Assembly (NCBI GenBank): GCA_965223905.1
Contig: CBDCXV010000011.1
Coordinates: 960,001-1,024,000, forward strand
From: Candidatus Latescibacterota bacterium
GTDB lineage: Bacteria; Latescibacterota; UBA2968; UBA8231
Direction of reading: 5' to 3'
DNA length: 64,000 nucleotides
Under the pieces are notes generated by a model. That model saw only the letters and a program-made list of their open reading frames with translations, ran no database searches and had not been told where the DNA came from. Positions 57,504-64,000 of the stretch are shown here, in pieces (positions within the stretch are counted from its first letter, which is position 1; each line of letters starts with the position of its first letter). Position numbers and translations under genes: made by a program.

Positions 57504-60068
57504 TCAGTTCGAGGGAAAGGCCTCGCGATACCGCTCGAAAGCCGCCGCGGTCCCGCAGAGGTAGATCGCGTCCCCCTCGGCGAGCCGGAACGAGGGGGGG
57601 AACTCCATGACCACCTCGCCCCCCCGCTCGACGGCGACGACGGAGCAGCCGGTGCGCTCGCGGATCCGCGTCCGCGACAGCTCCTGCCCCGCCAGTTTCC
57701 CGACCTCCTTCCTGGTGAGCCGGATGCGGGGCTGGTGGAAGACGACCTCGCCGAGGACGTAGCGCGACAGCAACTGGGCGGAAACCTGGCTCACCGACAG
57801 GGCGAAGTCGGCCCCGGCCTGCTGGATGCGGCCGGCGTTCTCGACCAGCAGGGCGCTGGCGATGATCGGCACTTCCGGGGCGTGATCCCTGATCACCCTG
57901 GCCGCCAGCAGTGCGGCGCTGTCGCTGGCCGCGGTCAGCACCACGACCCTAGCCCCGGTTACGCCGGCGCGCTCGAGTACCCGGGTGTCGAGGACGTCGC
58001 CGACGATGGCGACCCCGGGGCCCTCGGTCTCGGCGATGACGCGCACCTCCTCGCCGGCATCTGTAAGCATCCCGACGAGGTTCTTGCCCACCTCCCCGGC
58101 GCCGGCGACGACGATGGGGCCTTCAGCGGCGATCGGCCGGCTGATCTCCCCGAGGCGGCGGATGCTGGCGGGACTCCCGGCGGCGACCAGGATGGTCCCC
58201 GGCTCGAGGGGGCGGTCGGAAGGAGGCGGTGTATCGAGTATGTCGCCTGCCCAGCGGCCGACGATATGGGCGCCGGTGCGGGTGTGGATCCCGGTCTCGG
58301 ACAGGGTCCTGTTGGCGAGAGGGCCTCCTTCGGGCACCCGCATCTCGGCGATCTCGAGCAATCCCTCAAGCGGCTGGGCACCGGTTACGCGCGGGCTGAT
58401 CCTGCTGCTGGCCCGCACCGCCAGGGCTCCGGCCAGCAGGTGCGTCGGTGTGAACGCCGCGGTCGCCCCGGCCAGCTGCATGGCGGCGCGCCGGTTGGGA
58501 TTGTCGATCAGGGCCACCAGCGGACCGGAGAAGCCGTGCTCGCGCGCCCCCGCGGCAAGCAGGGCGTTGAGCTCGTCCTGTCCGTTGGCGATCACGGCCC
58601 GCGCCAGGGCGAGGGGCTCGAAGTCGAGGGCCTCCTCGGCCAGCGAGGTGTACACGACCTGTTGCCCCCGCGCCTGCAGCCGCCTCGCCTCCTCCTCGTC
58701 CTCCTCGATGACGACGACCGGCTGATCCCGGCTCGCCAGCTCCCCCATCAGGGTGTCGACCTCGGGGCCGTACCCGTAGATGACCACCGCGTCCGGTTCG
58801 GCGGGAAGCGCCGAGGGAAGCCTGCCCCCGGAGAGCTCGGCGACGAGCGGCGAACCGAACTTGTCGATCTGCACCACCCCGCGGGTGGCGTCCTTCTGGC
58901 GGGCCGCTTTCCCTTCGAGCAGCACAGCGCACCCCTTGAGCGCCAGCGGCGTGAACAGGTTCATCAGGAAGGCGGCGAAGATCAGGGCGGAGAAGACGGA
59001 CTGGTCGATGGCGCCCTGGGCAAGCGCCAGGGAAGCGAGGATGAAGGCCACCTCGGCGCGGCCGCACATGCCCACCCCGACGGTGAACGCCTCGCGCGCC
59101 GGAATCCCCATGCGCAGGGCCATGGCGCCGGCGCTGAGGATCTGTCCGGCGATCACGGCGACCGTGAGCAGGACCATGAAACCGACCGAGGAGGCGCTGA
59201 TGTCGAAGGTGACCGAGAACCCCAGGGAGATGAAGAAGATCGGCCCGAGGAAGGAGTAGGCGATTCCGTAGGCGCGGTCCTTGACCACCTTGACGAGGTT
59301 GGGATGGGCGACCTTCTCCTCGAAGAACAGGCCGGCGAGGTAGGCGCCGAGGATCATGTGCAGGCCGATCGCCTCGGCGAAGAGGCCGGCGGCGATGGCC
59401 GTCAGCAGCACGAAGGTGAACCCCTTGCCCCCCTCGGAGCGGAACGGCAGCGACAGGCGCGGGTAGAGGAAGCGGCCGACCAGCACCGAGACGGCGAAGA
59501 ACCCGGTCACCTTGCCGGCGGTGAGGGCGATGGCGGCCGGCTCGAACCCCCCGCCCGACAGCAGGCCGAGGACGAGGCTGAAGAGCACCAGGGTCAGCAG
59601 GTCGTTGATTACGCAGCTGGCGAGGATGAGGCGGGCGACCCGGGTGTTGTCCAGCCGGAGGTCCTTGAGGCACTTGAGGGTGACGACGACCGCAGTCGCC
59701 GTGCCGATGGTCAGCCCGACGAAGGTGGCGCCGACGAGGTCGAGGCCGAACAGGAGCGCCACCCCGAAGCTGATCGCGAACGGCACCGCGGCCCCGGCCA
59801 GGGCGATCCCGAGGGAGCGCTTGAGGGCGTCGAAGAACTGCACCGGCTGGGTCTCGACGCCGGCGTGGAACATCAGGAAGAAGATGCCGATCTCGGCGAG
59901 CAGCTCGATCGCATGGCCGGGGGCGATCAGCCCGAGGACCGCGGGCCCCACCAGCACCCCGACGATCAGCTCACCCATCACCGTCGGCAGTCCGAGAGGG
60001 CGCAGGGTGACGGCGACGAGCCAGATGCCGGCGAGCAGGATCAGCAGATCGAGGGCGATCTCATGCAT
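57504..60068 (-). CDS. cation:proton antiporter (CPA2/Kef-type) with tandem TrkA-N/TrkA-C (RCK) domains
   Basis: GELIVGVLVGP, LAEIGIFFLMFHAG, PIFFISLG, RAEVAF; GYGPE and GAGEVG RCK-N motifs, two RCK-C domains. Confidence 0.88.
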   Translation of the reverse strand: MHEIALDLLILLAGIWLVAVTLRPLGLPTVMGELIVGVLVGPAVLGLIAPGHAIELLAEIGIFFLMFHAGVETQPVQFFDALKRSLGIALAGAAVPFAISFGVALLFGLDLVGATFVGLTIGTATAVVVTLKCLKDLRLDNTRVARLILASCVINDLLTLVLFSLVLGLLSGGGFEPAAIALTAGKVTGFFAVSVLVGRFLYPRLSLPFRSEGGKGFTFVLLTAIAAGLFAEAIGLHMILGAYLAGLFFEEKVAHPNLVKVVKDRAYGIAYSFLGPIFFISLGFSVTFDISASSVGFMVLLTVAVIAGQILSAGAMALRMGIPAREAFTVGVGMCGRAEVAFILASLALAQGAIDQSVFSALIFAAFLMNLFTPLALKGCAVLLEGKAARQKDATRGVVQIDKFGSPLVAELSGGRLPSALPAEPDAVVIYGYGPEVDTLMGELASRDQPVVVIEEDEEEARRLQARGQQVVYTSLAEEALDFEPLALARAVIANGQDELNALLAAGAREHGFSGPLVALIDNPNRRAAMQLAGATAAFTPTHLLAGALAVRASSRISPRVTGAQPLEGLLEIAEMRVPEGGPLANRTLSETGIHTRTGAHIVGRWAGDILDTPPPSDRPLEPGTILVAAGSPASIRRLGEISRPIAAEGPIVVAGAGEVGKNLVGMLTDAGEEVRVIAETEGPGVAIVGDVLDTRVLERAGVTGARVVVLTAASDSAALLAARVIRDHAPEVPIIASALLVENAGRIQQAGADFALSVSQVSAQLLSRYVLGEVVFHQPRIRLTRKEVGKLAGQELSRTRIRERTGCSVVAVERGGEVVMEFPPSFRLAEGDAIYLCGTAAAFERYREAFPSN

Positions 60069-60096
60069 GGCGTTTCAGCCGCTGTGGGCGCCGGCG

Positions 60097-61554
60097 TCAC
60101 GGGACCGGTTGGTGGCCGCTGATCTCCGCTATGCGGGCGGTGATGGCGCCGGTCAGCAGCTCGAGGCAGCCGGGGGCCAGGCAGGAGGGCTCCTCCTGGT
60201 ACAACCCCAGGCCGTAGCGGTCCTCCGGAAGCAGGTAGGCCAGCTGGGGATCCCCGGCGACAGGAGAAAGAAGCAGCACGAGACCGGGAAAACGGCGGCG
60301 CAGCTCCCGCGTCAGTTCGTTGTACGGTTCCCCGGAGCAGGTGATCCAGACGGCGTCGCCGAGGCGGAAGACCGAGTACCGGTACGGAAACGACGCACCC
60401 TCCGGCAGGTCGGCCAGGCGCCCCAGCCAGCGGCGGCAGCGCTCCGCCCTGGCCCTGGCGTCGCGCGCCGCGGCGGCGTCGCCGGCGGCCTCCGCCTCTT
60501 TCTGCTCTGCAGTGTGGCGCTCGAGATCGAGGCGCAGCCGTTCCTTGTCGGGCAGCTGCCGGTAGGGCAGATCCACGGTAAACGCACCCCCCGCCCACTG
60601 TGAGACAGCGGCGGTGCGGCTGCCGGCGAACGGGGTCCAGGCCCAGGTCCCGAGGGTGGCGCCGGATTCAACCGGACCCCGGTAGGTGAAGTCGCAACGC
60701 GCCGGACCGAGCGACCAGTACGCCGACAGGGCCGCGTGCCCCAGTTGCCTGCCGTTGCGATCGGCGGTTCCGGTATCCCCCGTGAACCCGTCCCGGGGCC
60801 CGAGCTCGCCGCAGGCGCCCTGGAAGAACACGCACGGCGCCCCGGTTCCGGCTTCGAAGACTTCCCGCATCGCCCCGGCGAAGTCGGGGCTCAGAAGGCT
60901 GTTCTCCCACGCCAGCGTGGTGGGATGACAGGCGTAGTGGACGATGCCGAGCCGCTGCCTTCCCGCCTCGTCCTCGACGCGGGCCACGAGCACCGTGTCG
61001 TCGGCGGGACCGTCGGGGTTGTACCCGGTGACGTAGATCTGCCGTTCCCCGTCGCGGTAGTCGCGGTTCGCGGCCATGTCGCAGCGGCCCGCGGCGTAGG
61101 AGATGGTGGCGGGCCGCAGATCGTCGAGAGCCTGCCGCGTCAGCTCCTCGACCCGAGCCTTGAGCGAGTCGAGGTAGGGCGCGATCAGCTCGCCGCCGGG
61201 CAGCGGCATGCGATCCGGCAGGAAGAAGCCGGCCGCATGCGAGTGCGAGTGCGTCACCAGCACGCGGTCCGGCTCGATACCGGCGACCGAGGCGATGCTC
61301 TCGATCAGTACGCGGGACTGGGCGTTGCCGAGCAGTACCAGGTCGAGCTGCAGGCGCGCCAGGCCGTGGCCGTCCCCTTCGGGCGGCTGCAGGACCATCA
61401 TGTCGGCAACCAGGGGGCGGTGCACGCCCGAGGCTCGGTCGTGCCGGGCCGCCCCCCACATGCGGTGGTATATCCCGATGGGTGGCGTTACGTCGGCGCG
61501 GGCGTACCCCAGCCGTAGAATCGACGTGGGGGTGCGCACAATCCGGGTCGACAT
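60097..61554 (-). CDS. neutral/alkaline ceramidase-like N-terminal domain protein
   Basis: GYARADVTPP, THSHSHA, HYACHPT, SPDFAG, FQGACG, GEPY. Confidence 0.7.
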   Translation of the reverse strand: MSTRIVRTPTSILRLGYARADVTPPIGIYHRMWGAARHDRASGVHRPLVADMMVLQPPEGDGHGLARLQLDLVLLGNAQSRVLIESIASVAGIEPDRVLVTHSHSHAAGFFLPDRMPLPGGELIAPYLDSLKARVEELTRQALDDLRPATISYAAGRCDMAANRDYRDGERQIYVTGYNPDGPADDTVLVARVEDEAGRQRLGIVHYACHPTTLAWENSLLSPDFAGAMREVFEAGTGAPCVFFQGACGELGPRDGFTGDTGTADRNGRQLGHAALSAYWSLGPARCDFTYRGPVESGATLGTWAWTPFAGSRTAAVSQWAGGAFTVDLPYRQLPDKERLRLDLERHTAEQKEAEAAGDAAAARDARARAERCRRWLGRLADLPEGASFPYRYSVFRLGDAVWITCSGEPYNELTRELRRRFPGLVLLLSPVAGDPQLAYLLPEDRYGLGLYQEEPSCLAPGCLELLTGAITARIAEISGHQPVP

Positions 61555-61570
61555 CTCGTCTCGGTCTCCC

Positions 61571-63166
61571 TCAGTGCTGGTCAACTCCGACAGCTCCCCC
61601 GCTGTCTTCCGCGTATCGGATCGACAGGCGGACCCCGCACAGCCAGACCGGATCCCCCTTCTCGAGGGCGATCTCCACCCTGTTCGCTCCCGCTGCCAGC
61701 AGCGAGGGCTGGACCGCGAACTCGAGCTGCTCCTCCCCTTCCAGCGGCGTCTCCGCCAGGCGGGAGGGGTACTCGTTCCAGTCGGCGTCGTACCCAGTGT
61801 TCGTCCACGGGGCCGCGGGGGCCGCGCCCTCCATCCAGTCGAGGGAATGGCCGTTGAGCGCCAGCGAAAAGCTGCACCCGCCCGGCCCGGCATCTTCCGA
61901 GGTGTCGAAGCTGAGCCCGAGCACCGCGGAAGCGGCCGCGGCCGTATCCTCCCCGGATAAGTCGATGTCGAGAGCCGCCCCGCTTCCCGGGACCGTCTCC
62001 TGCAGGCGGACCGGCAGTTGCGCTCTCGGGATCGCGTTGAAGAAGGAGAACCCGAGCTGGGAGTTTGGAAGCTCCCGGCCGGAGCTGTCGACCTTGTAGC
62101 GCTTGCTCCTGCCGGCCAGCTTTGCCGGGTCGGCGAGCTCGGCCAGGAACTTCCGCTTCCACTCGTTCGGCATGCTGTAGTAGTTGAAGAAGTACAGCCC
62201 GTCGACCCCGGCGGCCCAGTAGCGCGCCGCAACCGCCCTCATCGTCTCCCGGTTCAGCATCGGGCTCAGGGCCTCGAAGCAGCCCAGCACCCGGCATCCG
62301 GTCCCCTCGGCCGCCTCGACGAAGGAGGCGACCGGCGTCTCGAACGGAATGAACCCGCCCCCGGCGATCAGGATGTCGGCCAGCCCTTCCCGCATCCAGA
62401 GCTCGGCGTCCAGCCCGATGCGGCGGCTGTCGGCCAGGGTGGGAGGAACGCGCACGGCGAGCTCGAGGCGGCGCCCGCGGGAGGCCGCGGCGGCGTCGAG
62501 CCGGGAGCGCACCCGGCGCACCAGGTCGGTGGCGAGGTAGCGGTGCGCGAACGCCTGCTCAATGCGGAAGAAGGCGGGATGGCGCATGAAGTCGAGCTCG
62601 ATGCCGTCGATGTCGAAGCGGTCGATCAGCTCGAAGAGGATCTTCAGCATGTGGGCGCGGGCCCCGGCCTCGGCGTAGTTCAGGCCTGTGCGGATCCCCC
62701 ACTCGAGGGTGCCGGGCGGCAACTCTCCGCCGGCGTGGCCGATCAGCAGCTCGGGATGCTCGCGGCGCAGGCGCCCGAAGTTGGGGGCGGACTCCTCGAT
62801 ATCGTAGTGCTCGTTCATGCGCACCGACGGGAAGAAGCGCATCCCCGCCTCGCGGCAGAGCCGCGAGATCACCGTGACCGGACCTCCGTGGTTCTCGGTG
62901 AGCCAGCGCAGGTTGTCCCGCTGCAGGCGCTGTCTATCGTCGAGATCCTCGTCGCCGTACCCGTCGCCGAGGCGCTCCCCGACCTCGGTTTCGTAGTCGT
63001 ACACCTCGTGGCCCCCGACCGACCACAGGAAGACGCCGACCGGAGAGCCCTCGTAGGGGGCGATCATCTTCTCATGCATGATCTCCGGGGTGATGGGAGG
63101 TCCGTACGTGCTCATGATCCAGCCATCGTCGTTGAACAGGATGAGAGGCGGTCGCGATCTGGTCAT
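61571..63166 (-). CDS. glycoside hydrolase-like family 10 (GHL10) TIM-barrel protein
   Basis: FNDDG, PSVRMNEH, LNYA, FDIDGIELDFMRHP, GVDGLYFFNY. Confidence 0.7.
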   Translation of the reverse strand: MTRSRPPLILFNDDGWIMSTYGPPITPEIMHEKMIAPYEGSPVGVFLWSVGGHEVYDYETEVGERLGDGYGDEDLDDRQRLQRDNLRWLTENHGGPVTVISRLCREAGMRFFPSVRMNEHYDIEESAPNFGRLRREHPELLIGHAGGELPPGTLEWGIRTGLNYAEAGARAHMLKILFELIDRFDIDGIELDFMRHPAFFRIEQAFAHRYLATDLVRRVRSRLDAAAASRGRRLELAVRVPPTLADSRRIGLDAELWMREGLADILIAGGGFIPFETPVASFVEAAEGTGCRVLGCFEALSPMLNRETMRAVAARYWAAGVDGLYFFNYYSMPNEWKRKFLAELADPAKLAGRSKRYKVDSSGRELPNSQLGFSFFNAIPRAQLPVRLQETVPGSGAALDIDLSGEDTAAAASAVLGLSFDTSEDAGPGGCSFSLALNGHSLDWMEGAAPAAPWTNTGYDADWNEYPSRLAETPLEGEEQLEFAVQPSLLAAGANRVEIALEKGDPVWLCGVRLSIRYAEDSGGAVGVDQH

Positions 63167-63519
63167 CTGTCGTTCCCCTGAATTCCGGGTGAGGAGCTCA
63201 TTACGTGGTTTACTGCATCCGTCCTGCGGCCGGCGTTTGCGACCTCGCCAGCAAACCCCTTCGCAGCAGGCTGCGGTGTCCCGTTCCGGAGGCAACCTGC
63301 AGAACCCGGGGCCCCTGGCGCCGGAACGGCGCTTCCCGGTTTAGCGCCGCATGGCGGGAACAAGGGCCTCCGCTTCACGGTACGGGAAAGCCGGGGAGCA
63401 TACCAAGGTATTCGCGGGACCGCCCCTTGCTATTATTCAAAAAGATACAGTCTTCATATCCCGCAGCGGTTTCCCGACAACCGACCGGCCCCGGTGCCGG
63501 CCAGCAAAGGCGCGCAGCC

Positions 63520-64000
63520 ATGACCATTCCCCTCGACCAGATCACCTCCATGCCGGCGTACTCCCCGTATTTTCCGCCGCCCCCGGCCCGCTACCGCAAC
63601 GTCCGTTTCCAGTACGTCTGCTTCCGCGCCGACGCCGCCGCGGTCGACCGCCTGCTGCCGGCCTGCTTCGAGCCCGCGGCGGACGGCTTCTGCGCCGCCA
63701 TCGGCCTGACCGTGCCCTGGTCGGCGAACTACGGCGCCTTCGACGAGTCCGTTCTCGTGGCCAAATGCCTGTTCGAAGGCCAGGTGGGGTACTTCGCTCC
63801 CGTCGTTTTCCTCAACTCGCGCAGCAGCATTCCGGCGGGGCGTGAGATCTACGGCACCCCGAAGGTGCATGCCGATCTCGAGGTGCGAATGGATGAGCGG
63901 GTCATGGTGACCGACACCTTCGTCGGCGGCGGCAACGCCCTCTCCATTCGCTCGACCATGCATTGCGAGGCGGCCCCGGAGGAGCTGCCCGACCTCTCCC
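63520..64000 (+). CDS. acetoacetate decarboxylase family protein (runs off window)
   Basis: Not in the ORF track. Manual translation MTIPLDQITSMPAYSPYFPPPPARY..RLLP..GREIYGTPK contains the ADC motif GRExxGxPK. Confidence 0.85.
   Translation, partial: MTIPLDQITSMPAYSPYFPPPPARYRNVRFQYVCFRADAAAVDRLLPACFEPAADGFCAAIGLTVPWSANYGAFDESVLVAKCLFEGQVGYFAPVVFLNSRSSIPAGREIYGTPKVHADLEVRMDERVMVTDTFVGGGNALSIRSTMHCEAAPEELPDLS

Overview
High-GC bacterial chromosomal DNA, densely coding, with no rRNA, tRNA or CRISPR array detected. The gene content includes four enolase-superfamily enzymes, PhyH dioxygenases, a CRTAC1/FG-GAP protein, a FlgD-like/T9SS-type C-terminal domain, ankyrin and pentapeptide repeats, and several pseudogene remnants. 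This resembles host-associated candidate-phylum bacteria such as Latescibacterota/Poribacteria-like sponge symbionts (inference only). Highlights: (1) a recoded selenoprotein at 24371-25255 (-), a secreted UxxC redoxin with a C-terminal sorting domain and a SECIS-like hairpin, translationally coupled to a TlpA and a pentapeptide lipoprotein and facing a DUF6029-like outer-membrane barrel that ends in CxGGxC, together a candidate trans-envelope thiol/selenol relay; (2) the archaeal route to phosphopantothenate (pantoate kinase plus phosphopantothenate synthetase) downstream of a divergent ComA-like gene and upstream of two PLP lyases; (3) a self-contained second FAS-II cluster (FabL-like SDR, FabH, FabA, FabZ, FabF, NS-type ACP, PlsC-like acyltransferase, PPTase); (4) a small defence/mobile patch (stand-alone PolX N-terminus, deleted ISL3, MNT-HEPN, ABC-ATPase plus DUF4276); (5) a complete IS1380 with TATA target duplication splitting a ~957-aa GT-C-like membrane protein gene. 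Several single-base frameshifts lie in homopolymer runs and are probably sequencing errors. All family assignments come from motif recognition by eye, not database searches.
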